Assembly (NCBI RefSeq): GCF_006345805.1
Contig: NC_042998.1
Coordinates: 65,720,001 to 65,784,000 of the forward strand
Source: Octopus sinensis
Lineage: Eukaryota
DNA: 64,000 nucleotides
Direction of reading: 5' to 3'
Numbering within the stretch: position 1 is the first letter of the stretch; each line of letters starts with the position of its first letter. Below are positions 1 to 13,704 of this stretch, piece after piece. Under the pieces are notes generated by a model. It was not told the DNA's origin, made no database searches, and saw nothing but the letters and a program-made list of their open reading frames with translations. A program made the translations under genes and the position numbers.

Positions 1-519
1 TCTATCGTCAGTCAAGAACCATATCATCCTCGCAATTTCGTCTGATTAATCTTGAGATTGCTCCAATATGGCAAGTCCCAAGGAAAAACTAAGCAAAAGC
101 ATTAGATTCCTTGGAAGAAAGCACCGAATGTATACGAAAACAAGAACGGAAAGACAGACGCTGTTACACAAATATAAATACAATAAAAATAATAAAAATA
201 CCAGGACATAACACCTGGTGTCTTTCGACTGGGGACGAATTGAATTCAGCTGGCATGTGTGGAAATGAAGGCTTACGGCAGACATACAAAATTATCACAA
301 ACACAGGGAAGAATATCGATGTTGCACTGACCACGGTCAAACCCCAAAAAAGAGGAAGCATTCTGGCCTATCGGTCACGAGAGAAAAGAGACAGAAAAAG
401 AGGAACGACAGAATTAATGAGGGGTGAGAGAAAGGAGAGAGTTGTAGAAGCAGATGGACAGAAGAATTAAGGAGGGGCCAGAAAAATGACAGGGGCACAG
501 TGAAGTGATTTCACTGTAT

Positions 520-815
520 TTATATTTGTTCAAACATTTTCCTAATTCCTAAATGTTTATCTATGGTCGATGAGTGACTTGAATAGAACAGTTTTATTAA
601 TCCTGTCGTAGGTTTCTTTGACCTTTCCTCAACGACGTTTTTCAGAGCTCAGTCTTGATATTGGTCTTCCACATTGTGGTAAATCTGTGATAGAAAAAAA
701 GAACCCTTGTCTTGTATGTCCTGACAGGCGAGGAATCATTTCCATGGTCATAAAATGTACTTCATATAGTTTGCCGTAGGATTCGGGCCAAGTGCTTCTC
801 TGGGATTACCCCTAC
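520..815 (-). mobile_element. Degraded Penelope-like element reverse transcriptase remnant
   Basis: Manual minus-strand translation gives frameshifted pieces resembling PLE RT motifs: [16 protein letters not shown] (motif B'-like), FFYHRF..W (motif C region) and KKPTTGLIKLFYSSH (like YRKPTHTGxYLHFxSHHP). Heavily decayed. Confidence 0.4.
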
Positions 816-820
816 CAAGA

Positions 821-823
<3 letters not shown>

Positions 824-874
<51 letters not shown>

Positions 875-935
875 TTATATATATATAATATACTTATATA
901 TATATACATATATTATATATATATATATATATATA

Positions 936-979
<44 letters not shown>

Positions 980-1390
980 CATATATTTATATATATATAT
1001 ATACATACATACATATGCATATATATATATATACATACATACATATACTTATATATATATACATACACATACTTATATATATATATACATACATATACTT
1101 ATATATATATATACATATACTTATATATATATACATACATATACATATATATATATATACACACATATTTATATATATGTTATATATATTTATATATTAT
1201 ATATACACACATATTTATATAAGTATATATATATTTATATATTATATATATACATACATATACTTATATATATATATATATATTATATATATATATATAT
1301 ATATACTTATATATATATATACATATACTTATATATATATACATATATATACACACATTTTTATATATATATATTTATATTATATCTATT

Positions 1391-1422
<32 letters not shown>
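824..1422. repeat. Compound (TA)n/(TACA)n microsatellite
   Basis: About 600 bp of TA with interspersed CA and CT; the source of the YI-rich ORFs. Confidence 0.97.
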
Positions 1423-2369
1423 CAATATACAAAAAAGGGTGAAATATAATTAATTTAATAAAATTAATAAATTTCACCTAGTAGTTTTTTTGTTATGGAA
1501 AAGACCATATTTGGTAAGAATTATATTAATTATAATAAAGGGTTAATTGCAACAAGTTTCTCAAAACCACATATCGGAAATATTAGAAATAGCTGCCAAA
1601 TAGATCACTATTTCTCCTACTAATAAAAGCGTCCCCATAAACAAACAAAATCTGTAACCCGTATATTGTAAAGAGAAAGAAAATAACGAACTCTCAGCCT
1701 ATGGATTAATTATAGAAGAACCAATTCTGGATTAGAACCGAAGGTTCATTTCCTTGTCAATATAATATTTCCTATAAATCTAGATATGCTAGGAAAAAAA
1801 GTTCCCCATTACACCGGCTCGACCAAGCGACATCGAACGATCTAACGGACTGCTAGCATCTCTACATCTATATAGACAGGCGAATTCGTATCTCCCTCCA
1901 AAATTACCACGTGAGTTACAAAAACATTACCAACGAAACGAAGTTTCGTAGATTTCTTGTAAGGGAGCAATAGTATTCAATATACAAAAAAGGGTGAAAT
2001 ATAATTAATTTAATAACATTAATAAATTTCACCTAGTAGATTTTTCGGTATGGAAAAGACCATATTTGGTAAGAATTATATTAATTATAATATAGGGTTA
2101 ATTGCAACAAGTTGCTCAAAACCACATACCGAAAATATTAGAAAAAGCAGCCAAATAGATCACTATTTCTCCTACTAATAAAAAAAGTCTCCAAAAACAA
2201 ACAGAATTTGTAACCCATATACGGTAAAGAGAAAGAAAATAACGAAATCCCAGCCTATGGATTAATTAATTTTTTATTAGTAGGAGAAATAGTGATCAAT
2301 TTGGCTGCTATATCTAATATTTTCGGTATGTGGTTGGAGCAACTTGTTGCAATTAACCCTTTATTATAA

Positions 2370-2375
<6 letters not shown>
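1423..2375. mobile_element. Pseudo-LTR-type repeat module (two direct repeats plus a partial inverted copy), probably PLE-derived
   Basis: Diverged direct repeats of about 290 bp at 1423-1712 and 1978-2268, followed by an inverted copy of about 100 bp of the same unit at 2273-2375; (TA)n on both sides. The minus-strand spacer has EILY*QGNEPSVL, weakly like a GIY-YIG C-terminus. Confidence 0.6.
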
Positions 2376-2450
<75 letters not shown>

Positions 2451-2451
<1 letters not shown>

Positions 2452-2775
2452 CACAGGGGCTTCAGAAAATTCATTTAAAACAAGATTTTATTCTCATAAG
2501 AATTCTTTTAAATACCCGAGAATAGGAAGAAAACCAGCCTAGCAAAATATGTCTGGGAACTAAAAGAAAAGGAAGCCCCACCTTTCAACGTGACATGGAC
2601 CATTCTGGACAGGGCGGCACCATACAGGCATGGAGCTTACAAATATAATTTCAAGTGCAAGCTTTGCTTATTAGAAAAAATGCACATATTATTCAAAGAC
2701 AATAATTCTTTGAATCAAAGAAGTGAGTTAATGAACTTATGTAGGCACGCGGCTAATTTAAAATGTCGAATATAA
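2451..2775 (+). mobile_element. Penelope-like element GIY-YIG endonuclease C-terminal fragment
   Basis: Translation with one frameshift: TGASENSFKTRFYSHKNSFK...TSLAKYVWELKEKEAPPFNVTWTILDRAAPY...CKLCLLEKMHIL...LNQRSELMNLCRH. This matches the PLE endonuclease tail (LSKYIW.LK; W.IL; C.LCL.EK; LNKRSEL...CRH). Confidence 0.8.
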
Positions 2776-3801
2776 ATATACCATATGGATAGAGTATATA
2801 TTTTGTATTTTGATTTTGATTTTGATTTTGACTCTTAAGCGCTACGACGGATCTATAGCAAAGTCTTATTGTTTCTACATATATATTAGGAAAAACCTAC
2901 AAACTTTGTTTTCATGTTATTGTATTGCATAGGATTACCTTGATTATTTATATTACCTTGATTATTTATAAATGACCCAAAATAGGATGTTATATTTTAT
3001 TTTATATGTCTTTCGTATATATTTTTATTAATGCACCCATTTTTTAAAAGCAATGTTTTTTTAAAAAAGCAATGTTGTCAAATTTAGAATGTTTATATAA
3101 GTTTGTGTATAGCAAAGCATATGTATTTGTAAGCATGCGTATCTGTGTATGTGTAAGTGAAAGTATGCTTGTGCTTAAGCACGCATACACACGACGGTAT
3201 GTATATGTATCAATTCAAACTTGTGTATGTATACTGGCCTCTATAGATGCCAATAACATCGCTACAAGTTTCCCCCCCCTCTTTCGTTCCTTTTTCTCTC
3301 TTTCCCTTTCTTTCGTTCCCCTCCTTGCTCAGTATATGAGAATTGCTACATAGATGAATTTTAGCTTGCGTGCGAGACGGTTTGCGTGAATATATGTACA
3401 CATGCTTTTATGTGTATAATTTAGATTCATATTCATACGTCTGTATATGTATGTATGGCGTTTACGCGCATCCTTTTGTGTATGTTGATATATATATGTG
3501 GATTTTAATATAAATATGTATTGCAGTATTTATAACAGGTTTAATTTCTATGCATTAATTTGTACTGTCTTCATTAACGGCAATAGGTTTTTCCTCGGTT
3601 TTTTCCTCGGATTTTATAATTTTTATAATTTTTATAAGTTTTTTTATATATATATACATATATTTTTGACCTTTTTGTTTATCGCTCGAAGATTGACCGT
3701 TTTTTCTAAAGGGCCAATCAAACAAGTCCATTTCTTTTTAAAGGTGTAGCGTTTGTAAGAGTATAGATTGAATTAATATATATGTTCCATTCTAGCAAAA
3801 A

Positions 3802-3839
3802 CTGTCTGATGAACGGCAACGAGAAACTCAGAGTAACAG
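3802..3839 (+). ncRNA. Minimal type I hammerhead ribozyme motif
   Basis: ctgt-CTGATGA-acg gcaa cga-GAAAC tca gaGTA-acag. Stem I is ctgt/acag, stem III is the palindrome ACTC-A-GAGT, and the cleavage triplet is GUA. The closing pair of stem II is an A.A mismatch. Confidence 0.55.
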
Positions 3840-3871
3840 AATTTGTTGAATTTTCTGCTGCTTAAAATAAA

Positions 3872-3949
<78 letters not shown>

Positions 3950-4899
3950 TATACATACATTCTGCATCCATGCACATGTATTTTCTATACCTTCTAGTAG
4001 AGTGTAACGAATGTTTAGTGCAAATGACAGAATCTCTATTATGCATCAAGCTATTTGGACTGATGCACAAATACGAAGAATGTTAATTGCTTGATTGTAG
4101 TAACTTGTTAGCACTGCTAGATGTTAATTTTGTTGATGAGGTAGTAAAATATTGTTACTCATTAACGAGAGGAAGTATGTGATACCGAAAGTGTGAGAGC
4201 AGGTGAACAAAATGTAAGGTAAAGAAATTAAAAATTTTGGAATGTTTCAAAAATTAGCATGATGTATGTTGAGTTGAATAACTCTTGGCATCTCCAAGAT
4301 CAACTATATTCTGCAACGAAGTTGAGTGTTTACCAACACAGCCAGCTGATCTTAGAAAAAGGAGGCATGTGTATCATCAAATTTAATCAAACGCTCTGTA
4401 TATAGTAATCCATCAAATTCATTGTAACTGGTATAAATATCCGAATCTAGAAGTTCACGTATAATGCTTACAATCATTGGGTTGGTTAAAGCTACAGCTA
4501 CGCTTATTTTCGATACTAATATAAATATTAGTGACATCAATCTCATTGTTATATTTTGCAATATCCCAAAAGTTAATACGAATGAGGAATGTTGTTAGGG
4601 ATAACATACCATCTTTCAAATCATGTGTGTAATATGCATAAACCTGCACTCTCTTTTATATCGGCTTTGCCGTATCATCCTTAAGTAACATAAGAAAATC
4701 CTGTACCATGAGATGTTTTGAAGCAGTATCGTATATGCTCAATGAATCATTACAAAATTCCAGCGTACGTAACTGTTTCTCTGTCGTGAAAACCTATAGA
4801 AATGTGCTTATTAGCATATTATAAAGTACTGCGTCGTAAAGATTCAGTTATAGCCAGCTAACTCGCAACAATAGCGACTTGAATCATACATACACACAC

Positions 4900-4940
<41 letters not shown>

Positions 4941-6075
4941 GATGTGTGTGTATATTATTATATTACATAAATATATGTATGTTTGGGAGCAAATCTTTTC
5001 AATCAGCTAATGACATCCTCAACAGTATTGCTCCCCCGTACAGGGGTGACTCATTAATGATGTTGCTAATGTTATTTACTCTCTTCACGCCATCTAATTG
5101 AATTTCGGTTTTAACTAGAATAATTAACCATTACTTAGAATTAGATGCAATTATTTGTTAAGCTTTATAATCGTTGTAAACCTTCTGCCGATTAAGTAAC
5201 AGTGTTGACATTTACTAAGTAACTATTCAATAATGTGAACGCTAGCAGCGACTTAACTTCTCACTTTATTCCCCACAAACTAAAGGGTGCTGCTGTAAAA
5301 GCATACGATTTACACAATGCCTGCCTTGCAGTGATAACTTTAATATCCCAATAGATATGAAGACATATATGACAACCATATTTCCTGCTAAATACATTCG
5401 TCACGCTATTTAATGAAACACCACGTTAAAATATAGAAACGTTGTAGCACGGACATGAACGTAATGTTGAAAGAACGTACATCTGGTTTCAAACCTGAAG
5501 TCATCAACACGCGAGGAATACAAGTATTAATTCACAATTTAGGTGCTGCAATATGCAATTCAACATTTGAGAGTGAAATGTTGTTTCCGTAGCATATTTA
5601 GAAAGAGGATATCGGGAAGTTGTGTTAAAGTTTTATATTATTACATCCAAACTGTTACACTGAGCAGAACGGAAAATCTTATCACATTGCAATTAGACTT
5701 TTAATGTTGTGCCAAAAGTTTTCAGTGGAAAGACACCGAAATATCTATATTCGTGAACAACGGAAACGAAATAATTTGTCAGTACGTAAGAAGGAAAAAC
5801 AACAGACAAACAAAAATACCGACACATACAAAGAGTTTACGAATACTCGAGATTTGTGTGCATTTGGGGAAGAATAAAATAGGGAAGAAGAGGAGCTTAA
5901 AATTCTAGAAGCTTATTTCTTTTTTTGCTCTGCAAATTATTTTCTCTTTCACCATGCTTTGCTTTCTAAAATTTATCAGTAATATTTCTTGCACTTCACT
6001 CGATATATTTGTACCAAATGCTTCATATATATCTCGTTAGGTTAGAAGTTAGTAAACATGCTACGATATATATAT

Positions 6076-6179
6076 GTAAGCCTAGTACTTATTCTATCGG
6101 TCTCTTTTGCCGAACCGCTAAGTTACAGAGACGTAAGCACACCCGCATCTGTTGTCAAGCGATGTTGGGGGGGGGGCAA

Positions 6180-6182
<3 letters not shown>
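6076..6182 (-). mobile_element. tRNA-derived SINE family A, 3' tail fragment
   Basis: Reverse complement of the tail of the full copy at 46891-47316 (gaataagtactaggctt; atcgcttgacaac), next to (CA)n. Confidence 0.8.
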
Positions 6183-6232
<50 letters not shown>

Positions 6233-6250
6233 ACTGCTGCTAAGTTTGTG

Positions 6251-7650
6251 ATATAACTGCTGCTAAGTTTGTGGCGATTGTTGCACAGTTGGATATATGT
6301 AGATCATCTGGACCTGATGGTATTTCAATCGTTATTCATCAGAAGTGCTCTCCTGTCTTATCTAGGCTCTTCCGAAAGTGTATCTCAGAATTTTGTTTTC
6401 CTTCTTTATGGAAATTCCCAACTGTTGTTCATGTATTTACGAACTGTGGTTCGATCTCATCCTCTCAATATGTTTTCGTGTTCTCTTCACAGTCATATCT
6501 GTGCGTGTTTATCGTGCCTTGAATGTATCTGGTCATGTTATTGCAATTACTCTTGATATGTCTAAGGTATTTTATAGGGTTTGGCATGTTGGACGTCTAT
6601 GTAAGCTCCAATCCTTTGATGTGCCACGTTTCATGCTGATCATTATCTCCTCTTTACTTTATGACCATTGGATCTAGGTTGTTCTTGATTGTCACCTTGG
6701 GTTCCTCAAGGATCTGCTCTGGGCCCAACTCTCTTTCTTCATTTTATAAATGATGTGCTTGATGATATCACATGTCAGCTTGTAATCTCTGCTAATGTTT
6801 CTACTTGTACTCTTGTTTGGACAAATCTGATTACTCGCTGCTAACCTGGAGAATGATCTTCGATCTATTGTTGAGTGGAGTAGGAAATTGCTCGTAACGA
6901 GTCATCCATCGAAAACTAAAATGTTTTCAATTAATCGCTTTAGACAACCTTTTTTGCCATCGATATCGATGTATGGTATAGAGTCATTCTCTTCGTCTCC
7001 TAGGGGTGACTTGCTGTAATGATTTTTCTTGGAGGACTTACATCGAATCTATTTCCAAATCGACTGCAACGAATGTAATCTCACTCCTTCGTTCGAGGAG
7101 TAACCTGACTCCTGAAACTATTCTTTATCGTTATAAGTCCACTATTCGCCACAGCTTTGAGTACTGTTGTCACATATCATCCTGCAGATTATTTAACTCT
7201 GTTGGACCGCGTTCAACGCCGTATTTGTAATGCTATTGTCTCTGATCTATCTTCTAAATTGGATTCATTCTGTCATCGTCGTCGTGTATTTCCTTGTCTC
7301 TCTTTTCAATAAGTATTTTCATGGACATTGTTCAGCTGATTTCACTGCTCTCGTTCCTCCTATAAGGACTGATCAGCGATCAACTAGATTTGCATCCAGT
7401 TCTCATCAATATGCTGTGCAACTTCTTAAGTGTCGTAAAGCACTTTACAGTACCAGTTTCTTCTCTCGCACCTCAGAACGTTGGAATTCCTTTCCACCGT
7501 CTGGTTTTCCTCTTCAATATGACAGCCAGTCTTTCAATCTAATGTACATGGTCACCTATTGACTTCCTTCAAGTGTCCATTTTATTCTTGTTACTCTTAC
7601 GTTTTCAGTGGTCTAAGGACTTTGTAACAAGCGAATTCATAGAAAAAGAA
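6251..7650 (+). mobile_element. 5'-truncated, degraded LINE RT fragment (CR1/L2 superclade)
   Basis: Frameshifted motifs SGPDGI..., LWKFPTVVHVF, LDMSKVFYRVWHVG, (G)VPQGSALGPTLF..IND, YKSTIRHSFEYCCH, KYFHGHCS and SFFSRTSERWNS; A-rich end near 7650. Confidence 0.85.
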
Positions 7651-8416
7651 ATATATGTATATGTGTGCCTGTGCGCGTGTGCGTGCATGTGTATTGTATC
7701 GTTTTATGCATCGGTGTATTCATACATAGCTTTCTCATACACATAAACTCTTCCAGACAGTTTTACATGCATAATACCGATTCTATTTCACTGAAATAGT
7801 CCAATAGTTCTGCGGGTTTTTTAATCGTTTACCAAATATACATTGATGTTCGAATTTCAATTAGAGTAAGTTTTTAATTTTTCGATTCAGTTCACATTGC
7901 AATCCTATATTTCCTTTTATGACAAAGAAACGCACTGAAAATAGTTGCATCGATATTGTCGCTTTAAGCCACCGTTTCGTATGAATGATCGACGGAGAAT
8001 AAAAACAATTTAAATGATAGAAATAGTGAGGTCTCCAAATACTCGAGCACCAGCTTCGAATGTTAATCAGTTTTATAAAGCTTGAGTCTTTCATGCATTT
8101 ACACAAGATCAAATAAAACATTGAATTAACACATTTATTTCAACAAATAGTCAGACAATGATGTTGGTAATTTATTAACTCTTTCTATAAAAGTTTAGCT
8201 CTTTATAATTTTTGTTTAGCACAAATTTGGCTGTAGTATTAGTAGTATTGATCATTGCGCTTCTATATTTTATCTATTCAACATATATAACTTGTGACGA
8301 ATTGTCACATTTGAACTTTTCTATTTCCAGACAACAATGCAAACGTAAAAAACAACACGTACACATGTTCATATTTATGTATTTTTCTATCTTTCTTTCA
8401 CTTTCTCTCTCTCTCT

Positions 8417-8459
<43 letters not shown>

Positions 8460-11400
8460 TATATGTGTGTGTGTGTGTTGTGTGTGTGTGTGTGTCTGAC
8501 TGTGTATGTATATGTATGTATGTATATATATGTACATATATGTCAATGTATGTACATATATATGCACACATATATATTCATATACACACGCGTGTTGAGC
8601 TCCGTTTACCTTGCGAGTGGTCATCTTTCAGAACAGAACTGACACGCTCAAATCACAAAGGTTTGTTAGAACTTTGGTTTTCTGTAACATGTTCAGTATG
8701 ATATTTAGCATTACTAAATTTGATAGATTTTTAATATATTACAATTCTGTGAACAGGAACTGTCTATTAGATAAAGTCGCATTTCAGAGACGAGGAATTG
8801 CTACACAATACATAGAAAGGGATTTTGAAAAGAATATTTGTAATTTGTTCGAAGCACAGTAGATGTTGCTACTAAAAGGAACTCTTGCGTCAAAGAAACT
8901 GACAGAATAAGCAAAGACAACACAGCTTGTTCAGGAGCTACTTCATAAAGCATGATACTGATATATTATGAATATAATTAAGTCATTGTATTCCAGAGAC
9001 GGTTCGAAAATGGTAACCTCTTTTAACAATTTTCTTAGCGAAATCTATGCCTCAGTCTCCAATGATGCGGTATGAAACGATTTTTCTGCTATATGGGAAT
9101 TATAAGTTAATACGTTGACTGAAAATGTTAAAACGTCACTATGACAGATCAGTAAAGTGTTCCCTATGACAATAATAAATGCGAATGGATAAGAATTGGT
9201 GACTGAGTTACCACACTGTATACCTGCTTTTGTTTTTAATCAATAAATAAGTTAAATTGTACGTGATAAAGGTGGTGATTAATAACACTTGCTCTTATAA
9301 TGAATGAGACTTTGTGAGTGAACTTTATTAATCATGAGGCAAGATTGCTATAGGTGCCTTTTTTGTGTATTTCTATAATGGCTGTGCGGTGTAAAATTTT
9401 GAGCTGATAGCAATATGAAGCATGCGTTGAGTTGACATACTCTAAATCATTGTCTCTGTTTCCCAAATTATATTGATATTCTCTTTCCTCTTTTACTTGT
9501 TTCAGTCCAATTTTGAAGTGCTTTAATGCTTTCGACATTACTTCACATGTAAATAAAAGATCACACCTTTCATAGCAACCTGTTGTGAATTTCTTAAAAC
9601 CCTGTCATAGTGATAATTGGTGCGGTTTCAGCCAATCGTATGTGCAGACGCGAAAGGTTTATTGAATTGCAAAATACCATATAAGGTATAAGTGAATGGA
9701 TGACCATCTACATTCTTTCTTCACGTCCCAAGAATTCGCTACGCTAGGAAATCACTATGATGTTGAGCTCAAGATCCATACATGGAAATTGCATTTTTTT
9801 TTTACCAAATATGAGCGTAGATGCACCACTTCAATGAAATTGAAATATTAAATTCTTAATAATTTCTGACCGTAGCTGTAACCAGGGCTTATACAGCGAT
9901 ACAAATACCACCACTAGCAATACCGTTACCTTCAACAACAACAACAACAACAACAACAAGAAAAACAACACTATGAGTATAAGTTCAGTTGTAAGGGTCT
10001 CTTCAGGGTTATTGCAACCTAAGAAATTAATTGCCGGAAGAATATTATAAAAATGCCTTTCAAGTGCAAGAGTTATAAACATACTCATCCTTCAATCATA
10101 TATGTCTTCCGGCCGACTGTGAGCAAAAATATTATCCTATCAGAGAGTTCTAATAGTTTAAAATGAATGCACCGTTATAACCTTGATGGAGAGTTGGGGT
10201 AGTGAAAGCACGACGCAAACATTCAAATTTTATATTTTAGATATATATGGTATTTATTGTTACTACAGATTATTTAGTTAGTCGTATTTATATTTTATAC
10301 ACAATCAAGGCAGTATTGGCGTAATATTATATCCTTCCTGTATTGGTAAATGAAAATACCAGTAACACACTGCAATTAATTGAACAATCTGTTCTATGAA
10401 TCCACTTGTATGTGACCTTCTCCTTACCTTACAAATTATTAGGTTAGAAATACCAATCGAGTCAATCGATCGATGTAAACACCGTGTCTTTGGCCTTTCA
10501 ATTCGTTCGTACACACTAAATATCTTAATAAAGTGTCACGTGTGCATGCTATAGAAAGTTCGCTTTCTTCAGTTACTGAAAGATCTCGATTGTGGAAACT
10601 TTTCTAATCAGAGAAATTGATAGAGTAATGTTGGTCACAGTATAATGCAATATTGATTAGTATGTTAGTTTCATAAAATGCGGAAAACATTCCGAATGGG
10701 GACGTAAAGCAGTTAATGTAATTGCATTGAGTGTTTTGTCATTAGTCTATATTACTGCAGGTTGGACATTTAGTTAATTCAACTGTATATCAGTGATCTC
10801 CATCAGAGCATTTTATTTTCAACGCTTGGCATATGGGAGATCTTTCAGTAAATGTCGGTTGTTTTATGCTTAACAAATTTGTTTTTACCAACTAAGTACA
10901 GCTATTCATCAGCAGATTTCTAACAACACTTTCTCAAGCGAAACACAATGAAATTCGTAATCATTAATGAAATACACTTAAAGGGCACATGACTTGACAT
11001 TAATTTGAATACCAAAAGACAATTTAAATTCTATGTTTCTATTTTAATCAGATAAATTTCGATCTCGTTCCAAAGTGGCACGAATAAGTGTATGATGTTG
11101 TTTATACTACGGAGTTACTTGTGAAAGAATTCCATTAAGCGTATTGCGTCTAGGGAGGGTCATTACACCCTTGTTAATAAATACAAGCTCTGGTTCAATA
11201 TAAATTTATTGTTAGTCAATATGTTAAATATCTGACCAACTAACTAATCGGTGGTTTGTTTAATGTAGTGGTTAAGTAATTACTCGGTTTTTTTTTGTCA
11301 ATACCTTTGCTTGCTATACGCAAACTCATCGGTGACATGTCCTCTCTCTTCAACGTTTCCTTGTGATCATTATTATTTTCTTTGTCTTTCTCTAACCAAC

Positions 11401-11721
11401 AACAATATACGTTTCAACACAAGCATTCATGCCAAGAATCATACCAACCACATACGAAAACAATGTAATTCCATAAAAAAAATTCAAGAGCAACATAAGA
11501 ACAACACTTGCTTATGGGTATGTATAAATTGTTCGGAGGTGTCGGGTGTAAGCTTCGGTGAACGAGGAATGGAACTGACACCAAAGTTAATGGGCTGATA
11601 CTAACCATGCCACAAAAAGCGTAAAGCATTCAGAAAGAGTCGTTTCCATTTCATTAGCATTAATACGCTTAAGTCATAATAAGATAGCAATATTCTAAAT
11701 CCAGAATTCAACGCAGATACA

Positions 11722-11841
<120 letters not shown>

Positions 11842-12764
11842 GGGAAAGATAATTTATGTACATGATCTTTAAAATTTATTTCAAAATTTTCCTACAAATG
11901 TATTTTTGCAACAGATATATTTGTTACAAATTCTGGCACAAAACCAGGAGATTCCGAGGATGAGGTGGCTCAATTACATCAAATAATTTTTTATCGGCGT
12001 CGAAAGAGGAAAGGTAAATTTACCCTCAGCAGACTTCGAAAATCTGACGTAAAAATCAACGAAATACCTCTAAGAGTTTTGTGTCTGTCGCGCCAACATC
12101 TCTACCAGTTCCCAGCTGTAATATATGTTAAAGCATACACTGCCAACCGAGCTTCCATTTATTGCATCCTGACCAAATAGTTAATATTCTTCGTTTTTTC
12201 TCAACTGGTTTTTCTCTACCACTGTTACCATATTAAGAATTCAGGACATCAGCAAGGACTCAACACCTCAACGTACACAGCTAGAAATTCAGGAATTGTT
12301 GGTCGGCTCAAATGTTTATTTAACCGTATTAAGAGATACATATTATTTCATCACAGATTTTTCCTACCAGGTGTTCAGTGCACGTGGCATTTGCTTCATT
12401 AATAAAATCAGTGTTTGTATGGGAACTATTTAAATGCGTTTTGTATTTAACATGAAATACTAAGAATGTCACTGGTTAACACTTGCATAGAGAAATAACA
12501 CTAATATATAGAACAGGAAACATGGTCTTAATTTCAAATATTCTCATTAACGTGATTCTACATTTACGTAGGAATGGCATGTCTTAATACTAAATATGGC
12601 TCACTCACTCTCAATACTCTCCCGAATACATTTTACTTCATATTCCAGATTCGGGTGAAGCTAATGTTTTATTCAGATACTCGAATAAGACGCCATTGAA
12701 TCTTATATTAGACTAAGGAAGTTCATAAAGTAATCATTTATATTTCATCTCACTTTCCTTTACA

Positions 12765-12773
12765 TGTGTGTGT

Positions 12774-12822
<49 letters not shown>

Positions 12823-12847
12823 CGTGTATATATGTATATATATATGT

Positions 12848-12901
<54 letters not shown>

Positions 12902-12941
12902 TGTATATATATATATATATGTACATGTATATTATATATAT

Positions 12942-12974
<33 letters not shown>

Positions 12975-12981
12975 GTACATG

Positions 12982-13056
<75 letters not shown>

Positions 13057-13235
13057 ATATATACATATATACGACTGGCTTCTTTCAGTTTCCGTCTACC
13101 AAATCCACTATAGCAGAAGACAGTTGCCCGAGATGCCTCGCAGTGGGACTGAACCCGAAACCATGTGGTTTGTAAGGAAGCTACTTACCACACAGCCACT
13201 CCTGCGTCTAATTTATATGTACATGTATATATATA

Positions 13236-13286
<51 letters not shown>

Positions 13287-13326
13287 TGTATATATATGTG
13301 TATATATATATAAGTATATGTATATC

Positions 13327-13368
<42 letters not shown>

Positions 13369-13455
13369 GCATATATATGTATATCTATGTCTGTGTGTAT
13401 ATATATATATTATATATATATATATAATGTACATGTATTTAGATATGTATATATA
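12765..13455. repeat. (TA)/(TG)/(TACATG) microsatellite array interrupted by a SINE head
   Basis: Arrays at 12765-13070 and 13215-13455 flank the SINE fragment. Confidence 0.95.
13071..13206 (-). mobile_element. tRNA-derived SINE family A head, internally deleted
   Basis: The reverse complement reads gcaggagtggctgtgtggtaagtagcttcc...gggttcagtcccactgcg (A-box and B-box like), matching 46891 onward. Confidence 0.85.
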
Positions 13456-13497
13456 ACAGCAGGCGTACTTACAATGTGTAAACTTGAATACGGTTGT

Positions 13498-13704
13498 GTA
13501 GAGTCGCTCGAATTTTTTTGAAAAGTAGCTGGATACACCCGAGTAAGCACATAAACATGAAACAAGCTGGGAATAAATAGTATTCGAATAGTATTCGGTA
13601 TAGATTTATATGTATTTCGTGTAGTATTTTTCCCTTATTTCATATGTATGTTCTTACACGAGTGTACTCCGCACTTTTTCAAGAAGTGTCAAGCTACTCT
13701 CTAT
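13498..13704. mobile_element. Degenerate MITE with terminal inverted repeats of about 50 bp
   Basis: 13498-13547 (tagagtcgctcga...ttgaaaagtagctggatacacccgagtaag) aligns imperfectly with the reverse complement of 13653-13704. Confidence 0.45.

Noticed and set aside
6310-6345. Minus-strand CTGATGA...GAAA in the LINE fragment
   Set aside because: No credible stem II or stem III; it is a chance match inside RT coding sequence.
9332-9607. Open minus-strand frame GFKKFTTGCYERC...NLAS
   Set aside because: It contains the SINE-A tail motif gactgaaacaagtaaaagag and has no recognisable protein motif.
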